IMG/VR virus record: IMGVR_UViG_3300032240_001660
Span: 1 to 63,719 of that record
From: a virus
Lineage: Duplodnaviria > Caudoviricetes
Length of the DNA: 63,719 bases
Direction: 5' to 3' (one strand)
The notes beneath the pieces are model-generated. The model was not told where the DNA came from. It saw nothing but the letters and a program-made list of their open reading frames with translations, and ran no database searches. The position numbers and the translations under genes were made by a program. Below, in pieces: positions 39,641 through 48,679 of the stretch (position 1 is the first letter of the stretch; every line of letters starts with the position of its first letter).

Positions 39641-39653
39641 GATAAATACTCAA

Positions 39654-40214
39654 ATGGCGAAACCACTAATTGACAGAATAAAAACATCGTTGGCGAAAGA
39701 AGGTCTTACGCCAAGGACAAATGCGGCTCGTGCTTGGTTAAGGTCTAAAGTTAAAGACTTATCTCCAACACCAAATTCTATTATGCGTGACCAACAAAGA
39801 CTTCGTGAGAATTCTATGATTGGTCGTATGTATTTTTACTTTTACAATCCAAAGTGGAAAGATTCGTTGCCATATTACGACAGGTTCCCATTGGTCATTC
39901 CAATTGAACGATACCAAGACGGTTTTCTAGGGTTGAATTTACATTACATTCACCCAAAGCAACGAATTATCCTTTTAGACAAATTGAGTCAAGTGGCATC
40001 AAATAGAAACTATGATGAAAAAACTAAACTACGATTAAGTTATAGTTATTTAGCTAGTGCTTCAAAAGCATTTGAGGCTATGCCTTGTATTAAACGATAT
40101 TTATTTACAAATATACAATCCCGTTTTTTAGAAATAACTGCTGACGAATGGGATATAGCGGTAATGTTACCTGCTGAAAACTTTGTTGGTGCGACAACAA
40201 GCAAAGTATGGTAA
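39654..40214 (+). CDS. gp2: DNA end protector gp2 (start revised; C-terminus cut by an early TAA)
   Basis: GRMYFY.Y.PK.K..LPYYDRFPLV, GF.GLNLHY, PCIKRYL; GATAAATA late promoter at 39641-48. Confidence 0.9.
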   Translation: MAKPLIDRIKTSLAKEGLTPRTNAARAWLRSKVKDLSPTPNSIMRDQQRLRENSMIGRMYFYFYNPKWKDSLPYYDRFPLVIPIERYQDGFLGLNLHYIHPKQRIILLDKLSQVASNRNYDEKTKLRLSYSYLASASKAFEAMPCIKRYLFTNIQSRFLEITADEWDIAVMLPAENFVGATTSKVW

Positions 40215-40235
40215 GATTCTAGGAAAAAATTCTAA

Positions 40236-40985
40236 ATGTCATTTTCACCAAATTTATTTTTATCTAATATAAGAGCAAAAGATGGACTTGCAAAACCTTC
40301 CCGTTTTGAAGTTGTTCTTCCTATTCCGCCTTACATTAATAGTTTTGTTGGCAATTCAGTTATTGAAAAAATTTTGAATTTTCCAAACTCCATTTTCTCA
40401 GATGTTTCAGATGCCATTGGTTCTGCATTTGGCCGTGGCGGTGAACAAGATGAATACTCTAAGACTTCAAATTCATCTATGTCAAGATACTTAGCGCTTC
40501 AATGTGAAAGTGCAGAATTACCAGGTAGAACACTACAAACTGCCGATGTAAAAATTTATGGACCTACATTTAAAGTTCCATACCAATCACAATACGGTGA
40601 CACAACATTAACATTTTTGTGTACCAATGAATTTTATGAGCGTAAATTGTTTGACCGTTGGATTGAAGCAATTCATCCTTCTGATACAAACAACCTTAGA
40701 TATCCAAAAGGAGAAAAATCCAGATATCTAACTAATATTAAAATTATTCAATATGATGATTTTATTAAAAAAATTTACGCAGTAGAATTGATGGATGCAT
40801 TTCCAATTGGAGTTGCACCACAACAGTTAAGTTGGTCTGAAGATGGATTTCACAGACTATCTGTGCAAATTGCATATCAAAGATATAGACCAATTTACGA
40901 AGGATCCTATGACCTTGCCTCAGCGGCAACTGCGTTGTTTGGTTCTGCATTTTCGAGAATTTTACCGCTGGGTAAAGCATTTTAA
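40236..40985 (+). CDS. Tail tube initiator gp54 / gp19-like
   Basis: GLAKPSRFEV, CESAELPG, ERK.FD.W, L.DAFP..V....LSW. Confidence 0.8.
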   Translation: MSFSPNLFLSNIRAKDGLAKPSRFEVVLPIPPYINSFVGNSVIEKILNFPNSIFSDVSDAIGSAFGRGGEQDEYSKTSNSSMSRYLALQCESAELPGRTLQTADVKIYGPTFKVPYQSQYGDTTLTFLCTNEFYERKLFDRWIEAIHPSDTNNLRYPKGEKSRYLTNIKIIQYDDFIKKIYAVELMDAFPIGVAPQQLSWSEDGFHRLSVQIAYQRYRPIYEGSYDLASAATALFGSAFSRILPLGKAF

Positions 40986-41007
40986 AAATTTATAAAGCGA
41001 GGATATT

Positions 41008-41742
41008 ATGGCACTACCTAAACTAGATGTACCTACCTTTGAAGTCAAAATGATTTCAAGTGGTAAGACTATTCGTATTCGTCCGTTCTTGGTAAAAGAA
41101 CAGAAATTATTTCTAATGGCATCAGAATCAGATGACCCAAAAGAAACTATCCGTGTGATTAGACAGGTATTGAAAAATTGTATTTTGGACGATATTGATG
41201 TTGACCAATTACCAACATTCGACTTAGAATGGTTGTTCATGCACTTGAGAGCGAGGTCTGTTGAAGAAATTGTCGACCTCAAATACAAGTGTAATAACAT
41301 GATTAAAGACACCGAAGGTGATGAAAAAAAATGTAGTGGTGTTGTAGATTTCAAATTGAATCTATTAGAACTGCAACCATTTAAACATGAAGCACATTCT
41401 AACAAATTTAAAATTACTGAAAAACTCGGTATTTGTTTAAAATATCCAACTTTTGAACTCATTGAAAAATATGAAACAAAAGATGAGAATGAAGTTATGT
41501 TAGATATTTTGGTTGATTGTATTGATTACCTTTACGATGACGACCAAATCTACTATGCAAAAGATTCTACAAGAGATGAATTAAAAGATTTTGTAGATAA
41601 CTTACAACAAAAAGATTTAGAAAAAATTAAAAACTTTTTTGAAACTGTACCTGAAATTAAGAAAGACTTAAATTTTGAATGTCCTAAATGCGGTTATCAC
41701 GAATCGATAACTGTGAAAGGTTTACAAAATTTTTTCGTCTAA
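41008..41742 (+). CDS. gp26: Baseplate hub assembly protein gp26-like (putative tail chaperone)
   Basis: MALPKL..PT.E..S.GK.I..RPFLVKE.K..LMA, LPTFD.E..F..LRARSV.E, CPKCG, GLQNFF. Confidence 0.9.
   Translation: MALPKLDVPTFEVKMISSGKTIRIRPFLVKEQKLFLMASESDDPKETIRVIRQVLKNCILDDIDVDQLPTFDLEWLFMHLRARSVEEIVDLKYKCNNMIKDTEGDEKKCSGVVDFKLNLLELQPFKHEAHSNKFKITEKLGICLKYPTFELIEKYETKDENEVMLDILVDCIDYLYDDDQIYYAKDSTRDELKDFVDNLQQKDLEKIKNFFETVPEIKKDLNFECPKCGYHESITVKGLQNFFV
41727..41736 (+). promoter_or_regulatory. Putative -1 programmed frameshift slippery site A AAT TTT TTC
   Basis: Two overlapping X XXY YYZ heptamers in the gp26 frame, ending one codon before its stop; the -1 frame reads into gp51. Confidence 0.65.
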
Positions 41743-41933
41743 CTTTTCGTTATGATACCCTGAGAAATTATTATGAAACTAACTTTGCTATGATGCAACA
41801 TCACAAATACAGTTTAACTGAACTTGAAAATATGTTGCCATGGGAAAGAAGCATTTATGTGGGTCTGCTTGTTGATTATTTGAAGAAAGAAAAAGAACGC
41901 TTGGAATTGCAAAAAGCCTCAAGAAGAAGATAG
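41733..41933 (+). CDS. gp51: gp51-like segment (likely reached by -1 frameshift; first ATG at 41790)
   Basis: L.NYY.TNFA.MQHHKYSL.ELENM.PWER.IYV..L; the conserved-looking part begins upstream of the first ATG. Confidence 0.8.
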   Translation, partial: FRLTFRYDTLRNYYETNFAMMQHHKYSLTELENMLPWERSIYVGLLVDYLKKEKERLELQKASRRR

Positions 41934-41936
41934 TAA

Positions 41937-43979
41937 ATGGCCGCTAATAAAAAAACAAATCTCTTAGACATACTTGCCGGAGAACTTGGTTATAAGTCTG
42001 GTAAAGATTTAAAAGAAAAAATGAAATCTGGCGGAGGTGGCTTAAAAAGTCGCCTAGAATCTGGCGAAGGCATCAAAGAAGCGATTAAGGGTAGTGTTTC
42101 TGATTTTAAAGGAAACATTAAAAAGGCGACAGACCCAAAACGATTTGGTAAAAAAGTTTACATGAATTTTTTTGGCGGAGACGATGTGTTCTCCGCCTAC
42201 ATGCGTGGTAGACTTAATAAACAAACTAAAGATAAAGTTGGTAAAGACGATATATCGCCTACACCTGATGCCGCAGGAAGTGGTGGTGGTATCGACCAAG
42301 ATGCGGTTGCATATCTACGCATCATTGCAAAGAGTTCATTATCACTACATCTCATGTCCAGAGATGTTAATGTTCTTCGCCAAAATATTGTAAAACTTAC
42401 AAAGATTGAAGCCGATTCTTATAATAAAGATAAGAAGAAAAAAGACCAAGTTGAGGCAGTTGGTAAAGCAGATGCGTTCTTTCTGAAAGAGGACGAAAAA
42501 GAAGCCAAGTTAGAGGCATCTAAAAAGAAAATACAAGGTGATAAACCTACTCAAGTAAATAAAGAAGGAAAAGAAAAAGATTCTGGTGGTGGTTTATTGG
42601 ACACTATCATTGGTTTCTTTAGTAATAGCTTTCTAGGTGCATTTAAAGGACTTTTAAATCCAAGTGCGTTATTAAAAATTCTTGGTAAAGTCTTTATATT
42701 TGCAACAATTTTCTTATCACTATTCAATGGCATTACTGCGGCATTCGACCGTTGGAAAGAAACGGGAGATTTAAAGGAATCAATCATTGCCGGTCTTGGT
42801 GCAATTGTTGATTTTCTAACATTTGGTTTTTTTGGTGAAGATTCTGTTCGTAGTTTATTTGGTTCTGTATCTGCATTTTTAGACCCTATTATTGATACTA
42901 TTGGTGGTGTAATTGATGGTTTGAAAAATTGGGTTGTCAACAATGTTGGCATTCCAAAAATCTCATTGGGTAGTATTAAGAACCCTTTCACTGGTACCGT
43001 ATATGATTTAGGTTCAGTTGGTCCTTACTACCCGTTTAAAAAAGATCCATCTAGTTCTGCACCCGAAAAGACTGAAAAAACTCCTGTAAAAGAAACGAAG
43101 GAAGTTAAAGGTGCAACCGAAGAAGAAGCCGCAAAAGCAAGAGCAAAAGCGGCCGCAACAGACCCACGCAGAGTAGACCAACCTGCGGCTGAAACTGCAA
43201 CTGTATCACCTACACCTACACCAAAATCATCTGATGCAAGTCAAGTTGAAAGAATGAATGGTGAGAAAATTAAACTCCCATCAGGTGTAACTTATAATGC
43301 ACAATCGGGTGATTTTATCTATAATGGTGTTCCATTTAAAGCAGAATCACAAGATGAAATGGACAACTTTGTTAAAGCAATTAATAACAAAACAGTTGTT
43401 GAAATGCAGTCCAAAGATTCTTCTGGTGCATCAGTCACTAAAGTATTAGATGGTACAACAGGTGATGTATCTGTAAAACCACCTAAACAGGAAGCACCAT
43501 CACCAATTAAAGCGGATGCAAATGTTACAGTTTCTGGAGCTCCAGGTATGGATGGTGCTTCTGGTTCTCAGGGTGCACCAGGCAATTCTGGTGCTTCTGG
43601 TGCTTCTGGTGCCAACGGTGCTTCAGCAGAAACATCACCAAGTGCAATGTCACCAAGTGCAAGTGAACCTTCTATACCTTCTGGTGGCGGAGAGTCACCA
43701 CCATCGGGTGGTTCATCACAAACTGCACCGGCAGCAAGTGAGACTTCACCTACTGAAGAAAATGCACCTGCGCCAATGACTGCATCTCCATCGGGTTCAG
43801 ATTTAAATTCCGCATCAATGGCAGTTGCAGAAGAACAGAGAATGGAAGCATCTGCGGATGAAGGGACAACTATTAATAATTCTACAAACAATAGTAACAC
43901 ATCATCACCTGATAAACCAAATACACAAATTGCCGATGTTTATGATTCTGAATTTGCCGCACTATTAGTAGGAACATAA
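41937..43979 (+). CDS. Tape-measure-like protein, paralog 1
   Basis: Helical with hydrophobic G/F-rich segments and a low-complexity S/G/A/P tail; follows the chaperone pair. Confidence 0.6.
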   Translation: MAANKKTNLLDILAGELGYKSGKDLKEKMKSGGGGLKSRLESGEGIKEAIKGSVSDFKGNIKKATDPKRFGKKVYMNFFGGDDVFSAYMRGRLNKQTKDKVGKDDISPTPDAAGSGGGIDQDAVAYLRIIAKSSLSLHLMSRDVNVLRQNIVKLTKIEADSYNKDKKKKDQVEAVGKADAFFLKEDEKEAKLEASKKKIQGDKPTQVNKEGKEKDSGGGLLDTIIGFFSNSFLGAFKGLLNPSALLKILGKVFIFATIFLSLFNGITAAFDRWKETGDLKESIIAGLGAIVDFLTFGFFGEDSVRSLFGSVSAFLDPIIDTIGGVIDGLKNWVVNNVGIPKISLGSIKNPFTGTVYDLGSVGPYYPFKKDPSSSAPEKTEKTPVKETKEVKGATEEEAAKARAKAAATDPRRVDQPAAETATVSPTPTPKSSDASQVERMNGEKIKLPSGVTYNAQSGDFIYNGVPFKAESQDEMDNFVKAINNKTVVEMQSKDSSGASVTKVLDGTTGDVSVKPPKQEAPSPIKADANVTVSGAPGMDGASGSQGAPGNSGASGASGANGASAETSPSAMSPSASEPSIPSGGGESPPSGGSSQTAPAASETSPTEENAPAPMTASPSGSDLNSASMAVAEEQRMEASADEGTTINNSTNNSNTSSPDKPNTQIADVYDSEFAALLVGT

Positions 43980-43982
43980 TCA

Positions 43983-46346
43983 ATGGCAGATAAGTCACCA
44001 ACCCTAGAAAAAAAGGGACCTTCTTCTGAATTGGCAAATGAAGGTGGAACATCCGAAGCAAACGCCTACTTCAAAATAATCGCAAAGAGTATGTTGTCCT
44101 TGCATCTAATGGCAAGAGACATGAATGTTGCTCGCCAAAATGTCCAAAAATTGGTGAAGATGAAAGGTGGAGAAGTTGCTAAAGGGGCAGATGCACATTG
44201 GTTAAATGAAACAGATGCAGAAACTAAATTAAATGTAGATAAAGAAAAACTTTCACCTACAAAAGTGGAAGAAAAAGAACCTACTAAAAAGAAATCCATG
44301 TTAAGTAAACTTGGAGAAAATCTTTTTGGTGGTGGAATAAACAAACTCAAAAAGAACTTATTGCGTTATGCAAAAGTTATCTTCTCACCTAAAAATCTAT
44401 TAAAGATATTAGGTAAAATAGCATTACCATTAACAATCATTACTGCAATATGGCAAGGCATTACTGGTGCTTGGGATGCTTATCAGGAAACTGGTAGTAT
44501 TTGGGAAGCATTTAAAGGTGGTATAGGACAAATTGTTGACTTCTTCACATTTGGACTTATCGACAAAGAAATGGTCGGTGGTTTTATGGATAAAGTTGCC
44601 GATTTTCTATCACCCGTAACTGATGCAATCAAAACTTTTTTTGGTAAATTTTCTGATTGGTTCTCTGAAAAATTCAATGCAGTAAAAAGTTTCTTTGGTG
44701 TGAATGTTGCACCTTCTACAAAAGTTGTGGAAGTTAAACAAGATGAGCAAGCCGCTAAAGATTATGAGAAATGGAAAGCGGAACAAGAAGCCGCTATTAA
44801 AAAACAAGAAGAAGATTTAGCCAAGTTAAAGAAACAAGAAGAAGAAGCTCAATACACAGGTGGAGATGAGATTGTCCGTAAACGAATGGGTTTACAGGAA
44901 AAATCTGCTGAGGTTGTTCAAAAAGAAATAGAAACTAAGAAAGCCGCAGTTGCCGCAACAGGTGCAACTAAAGAAACAAAAGCGGCCGCAGTATCAGGTG
45001 GAAAACCGCCAGCAACAGCACCGACTAAAGAGGCAGCTGCCGGTCCTGCGCCAACGATTTCGGGTGGCGACAAATGGATAATGGAGATGATTAAACAACA
45101 TGAAGGTGTTAGATTAAAACCTTACAAAGACACAAAAGGATTGTGGACTGTTGGTGTTGGTCACTTAATTGGTGACGGCAAATCATTACCACCTGAATGG
45201 GACAGACAATTTACAATGGAAGAAGTTGATAAGTTGTTTGCACAGGATTTTGCAGAACATAAGAAATGGGCGGAAAAATCACCTGGATGGGACAAAGCAA
45301 ATCCAAAGGGTCAAGGTGCATTGATTGATTTAGCATTTAATATGGGTGGTGGTTGGTTTAAGAAATTTAAAAATGCCTCTTCTAAATTGGCATCAGGAGA
45401 TTTCAAAGGTGCCGCCGATGAATTGATTGATAGTGAATGGTATAAGCAAGTCAAAGGTCGTGCAGTTACCATTGTTAATTTAATTCGTGATGGTTCAGGT
45501 GGTTCTCCAACACAAGTTGCTCAAGCAAAACCATTAAATGTTCCGCCTCCTGCGGCAACAGGAGGAACAACCGCAGCTGCAGGACCTACCGGTGGTGCGG
45601 GAGGTGGCGGTGGTTCACTTGCATCTTTAGTTACTACACAATCAGGTGTAGATTTAAGTGCGTTTAATTCTGAATTTGAAAAACGAGTTTCCACTATGGC
45701 GGCAGACTTCAAGGCCAAAATGGGAAAACCACTTCTCATTACTTCAGGTTATCGTAGTAACGAAAAACAAAAGCAACTTTGGGATGAAGCACTTGCAAAG
45801 AATGGCGGTGATGCGGCTAAAACAAGAAAATTAGTTGCAGAACCGATGCCACCTTTAGGACAAGGCAAAGGAAGTTTTCACCTTACAGGATATGCCATTG
45901 ATATTAATTCAAAAGGTGATACTGGTATTAACTCACTTGCCGGCAGTAGAGATAAACCTACTGGTTGGTTGGAAAAATTCGGATTAACAAGACCAGTTGC
46001 AGGTGAAGATTGGCATGTCCAAGCAACAGGACTTGCACCAACACCAGACAATCCTAATAATCCTGGTAAAACAATTGCGGTTGCAAGTAAGGATGGAAAA
46101 GCAACCGATGTTGCAACCGGTAAATCAGAACAAATTGCGGGTAATGCACCATCCACAGGAACACAAGTGGCACAATCATCTGCTGATGTAGCATCTGGTC
46201 AGAGACAACAACAGAAGCCAAATACACCAATTGTGATGAATAATAATACAACCAATGTTACATCGGTAACAAGAACCACGACTACGCCACAACCAAAAGA
46301 ACAACGACCTGATACCGCAGTTAACCTAGCTGCGAGGGTGGCATAA
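43983..46346 (+). CDS. Tape-measure-like protein, paralog 2, with GH24 lysozyme and M15 peptidase domains
   Basis: HEGVRLKPYKDTKGLWTVGVGH (E-x8-D-x5-T), LIDLAFNMG; ITSGYRS..Q..L, SFH..G.AID, EDWH. Confidence 0.85.
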   Translation: MADKSPTLEKKGPSSELANEGGTSEANAYFKIIAKSMLSLHLMARDMNVARQNVQKLVKMKGGEVAKGADAHWLNETDAETKLNVDKEKLSPTKVEEKEPTKKKSMLSKLGENLFGGGINKLKKNLLRYAKVIFSPKNLLKILGKIALPLTIITAIWQGITGAWDAYQETGSIWEAFKGGIGQIVDFFTFGLIDKEMVGGFMDKVADFLSPVTDAIKTFFGKFSDWFSEKFNAVKSFFGVNVAPSTKVVEVKQDEQAAKDYEKWKAEQEAAIKKQEEDLAKLKKQEEEAQYTGGDEIVRKRMGLQEKSAEVVQKEIETKKAAVAATGATKETKAAAVSGGKPPATAPTKEAAAGPAPTISGGDKWIMEMIKQHEGVRLKPYKDTKGLWTVGVGHLIGDGKSLPPEWDRQFTMEEVDKLFAQDFAEHKKWAEKSPGWDKANPKGQGALIDLAFNMGGGWFKKFKNASSKLASGDFKGAADELIDSEWYKQVKGRAVTIVNLIRDGSGGSPTQVAQAKPLNVPPPAATGGTTAAAGPTGGAGGGGGSLASLVTTQSGVDLSAFNSEFEKRVSTMAADFKAKMGKPLLITSGYRSNEKQKQLWDEALAKNGGDAAKTRKLVAEPMPPLGQGKGSFHLTGYAIDINSKGDTGINSLAGSRDKPTGWLEKFGLTRPVAGEDWHVQATGLAPTPDNPNNPGKTIAVASKDGKATDVATGKSEQIAGNAPSTGTQVAQSSADVASGQRQQQKPNTPIVMNNNTTNVTSVTRTTTTPQPKEQRPDTAVNLAARVA

Positions 46347-46398
46347 AAAAACCCGGCATAAAGCCGGGTCAAGTAATTAAAGGACTAGTTAATTACTT
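46344..46398 (-). terminator. Rho-independent terminator after gp32 at the convergent junction, with a second AT-rich hairpin
   Basis: ACCCGGC-TTTAT-GCCGGGT followed by a T run on the minus strand; AAGTAATTAA/TTAATTACTT inverted repeat at 46371-46398. Confidence 0.85.
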
Positions 46399-47292
46399 TG
46401 TTTCTGCTAAAGACTTAAAATAATCTAAATCTTCGTCATCTTCTGAAATTGCTTTGTCAATTACAGATACATCATCATCTTTGAATGAAGAAACAACATT
46501 GTCAGTTGCTTTGGTTCTAGGTGCAGCAGGTGCGCCATCGAATCCAAGAACTTTATCAAGGCGTGTTTTCAACTGTTCATATGACTTAAATTGTTTCTTC
46601 TCAGAAAACTCTTTAATGCCAAATTCACGCTTCCACAAATCTTCAAGTTTGGCATCATCGCCATCAAACAGAGCAGACTGGTCAGCAAACTCTGATTTAT
46701 CATAATTACGATAACCTTCAACATTACGAATCTTCAACTTGAAGTTAGCACCTTCCCACATATCAAATGGGTTGATTGCTTTCTCATCAGCAAACTCAGG
46801 GTTCATTGCTTCTGTAATCTTATCAAAGATTTTCTTACCAAACTTAAACAGTTTGATTTGACCTTCGTTTGATGGATTGCTTGGGTCAGAAATGACCAAG
46901 ATATTGGCAATGTAAGAAAGTTTGCGTTTCTGTTTACGAGCAATATCTTTGTTTGCTTCGATGCCAGAATTCCATAATGTATTGTTGTGTTCACAAACTG
47001 GACACTTATCGTTTAGAGTTGTGAGACAGTTATCAATGAACCAACCGCCTGGTCCTTGAAAGCCGTGTGAGAATACACGAACCCAAGGAAGGGCATCATC
47101 ACCGTCAGCGGCAGGTGCGGGTAGAAAACGAATAACGGCCATGCCATTACCTGCTTTATCTACTTCGGGTTGCCAAAATCGGGTGTCATCTTTTGAACCA
47201 GCCTCTGCATTAGACTGGGTAGAAGCTTCAATCGCTTTGGTGAGTTTGTCCAAATCGGAACGATTGCGCTTAAGGTTTGCAAAACTACTCAT
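46393..47292 (-). CDS. gp32: Single-stranded DNA-binding protein gp32
   Basis: DTRFW.P..DKAGNG.AVIRFLPAP, HGFQGPGGW.I.NC.TT...CPVCE, GANFKLKI, YDKSEF, acidic tail. Confidence 0.96.
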   Translation of the reverse strand: MSSFANLKRNRSDLDKLTKAIEASTQSNAEAGSKDDTRFWQPEVDKAGNGMAVIRFLPAPAADGDDALPWVRVFSHGFQGPGGWFIDNCLTTLNDKCPVCEHNNTLWNSGIEANKDIARKQKRKLSYIANILVISDPSNPSNEGQIKLFKFGKKIFDKITEAMNPEFADEKAINPFDMWEGANFKLKIRNVEGYRNYDKSEFADQSALFDGDDAKLEDLWKREFGIKEFSEKKQFKSYEQLKTRLDKVLGFDGAPAAPRTKATDNVVSSFKDDDVSVIDKAISEDDEDLDYFKSLAETK

Positions 47293-47305
47293 AGTATTTC
47301 CTTTC

Positions 47306-47335
47306 GTATAAACGGAGTATTAACGGTGTATAAAC
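47306..47335 (-). repeat. Three 11-nt-period repeats in the gp32 leader
   Basis: Minus strand GTTTATAC-ACC-GTTAATAC-TCC-GTTTATAC just before the AAGGA SD. Confidence 0.7.
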
Positions 47336-47354
47336 AACTTATCCACATATTCAT

Positions 47355-47383
47355 AATATATCAGATATTTAGTCATCATGCAA
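47355..47383 (-). promoter_or_regulatory. Dual promoter for gp32: sigma70-like TTGCAT-N17-TATATT with ACTAAATA in the spacer
   Basis: Read from the minus strand. Confidence 0.55.
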
Positions 47384-47861
47384 GCAAAACTTTCAACTTT
47401 TCAATAGTATCGCCGATATCCTTGTGATGAATACCGATACCACCTGCTTTGTTGAATGCCTGAATAACATCCAAAGTATCATCTATCAATACGATGCCTT
47501 CGCCTGCATAATCTTTCTTATGCTTACGACCAGGCACCACATTTGGTTTAAAAGCAATTCCTTGTTTCTTCAACCAAATTCTTTTTTGTTCTTCAACTTC
47601 TGTATGATATTTTTCACCACCAGAAGAAGTAAGAATCTCAATTTCAATATTAGGAATTGATTTTACAAATGCAATCAATTCTTGACCACCTGGCCACCAT
47701 GAGAGAAATTCGAAACCTCGCTTTTCTAAAATGAAGTCTGGCCATTCGTTTGTCCATAGTTTCTTATCACGGTTTTTCAAAGTCTCTGGTCCATAATGTC
47801 CAGAGAAACCTCCTTCGAAATCACACAAGACGCCATCCATATCCAAATAAATCTTTTTCAT
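47376..47861 (-). CDS. HAD-family 5'(3')-deoxyribonucleotidase-like
   Basis: IYLDMDGVLCDF, ILTS, K..W, LIDD. Confidence 0.85.
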   Translation of the reverse strand: MKKIYLDMDGVLCDFEGGFSGHYGPETLKNRDKKLWTNEWPDFILEKRGFEFLSWWPGGQELIAFVKSIPNIEIEILTSSGGEKYHTEVEEQKRIWLKKQGIAFKPNVVPGRKHKKDYAGEGIVLIDDTLDVIQAFNKAGGIGIHHKDIGDTIEKLKVLLA

Positions 47862-47870
47862 TACTCAACC

Positions 47871-48458
47871 TCAAATAATCTTTTTCAATAACAGTTTGTA
47901 TTTTACTACATCATTTGGTAGAAATGAGGCATACTTGATAATCTTTTTTCGGTAGTCTGGCCAACGAATTGTATCGGTAATCTTTTTATCCCACATAGGA
48001 ATAAAACCAAGTATCTTGGCAAGTATGCATAGAGTTTCAATTTCAACTTCTTTGCGTAATGCCTTTGTTAATAATACCGGGTAATCACCTTCAGTTTTCA
48101 GTACCGAATTTGGATCATCACAACCTTCAAATATCGTCTTACAATCATTCTCAAACACATAGGAAAGACTTTGGAGAACTTTCTTTCTGTGTTTGTATCT
48201 TATCTCAGCATCTTCTGTCAACAAGTCTCCAACCCACGCCTTATCATCAACCACAAAGTTAGATACAATAAAGGTAATCAAATCATCTTTATCGGTATAC
48301 TTGCGAGATAGTTTGTAAAAATGGTACTTGTCTTTACGATTCTCAAATGTGGTAACACTAATATTAGACTTACCATTGTATTTGAAAAAATCATATGAAT
48401 CTTGTGAGAAATGAAGTTTTAGTGATTGATACAGACTAAACGCTTCATATCCTGTCAT
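47871..48458 (-). CDS. gp59: Helicase loader gp59
   Basis: Y..LKLHF....YDFFKYNGK......F..RKDKY.F.KLS. Confidence 0.9.
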   Translation of the reverse strand: MTGYEAFSLYQSLKLHFSQDSYDFFKYNGKSNISVTTFENRKDKYHFYKLSRKYTDKDDLITFIVSNFVVDDKAWVGDLLTEDAEIRYKHRKKVLQSLSYVFENDCKTIFEGCDDPNSVLKTEGDYPVLLTKALRKEVEIETLCILAKILGFIPMWDKKITDTIRWPDYRKKIIKYASFLPNDVVKYKLLLKKII

Positions 48459-48679
48459 AATGGTAAACGAGAACCTTTTTCTTTCAACATATTATTGTCC
48501 ATTGCATTACCTTCGAGTTTTGATTTTAAATTGGAATTAACTAAAGTTGCCGCTACTTCAATTTCAAGTCCCGTTTGTTTACAATGTTCAACGATTGCTT
48601 CGATATAATTATAATCCGTGTTTGCAACTAATTCTTCGATTGATTTAGCAAACTTGGCCATTTCGTCTTTTGTTGGCAT
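48455..48679 (-). CDS. gp33: Late transcription co-activator gp33 (start revised)
   Basis: F...IE.LV....NYIEAIV..C....EIE.AA.L....LK.KLE..A...N.LK....LPL. Confidence 0.88.
   Translation of the reverse strand: MPTKDEMAKFAKSIEELVANTDYNYIEAIVEHCKQTGLEIEVAATLVNSNLKSKLEGNAMDNNMLKEKGSRLPL

Noticed and set aside
40212-40214. Stop-codon reassignment (alternative genetic code)
   Set aside because: TAA ends most genes here, TAG and TGA also act as stops, and long core genes are intact in code 11; this is a single isolated case.
42551-46156. Minus-strand ORFs opposite the tape-measure-like genes
   Set aside because: Antisense shadows without initiation signals; the plus-strand genes carry the recognisable domains.
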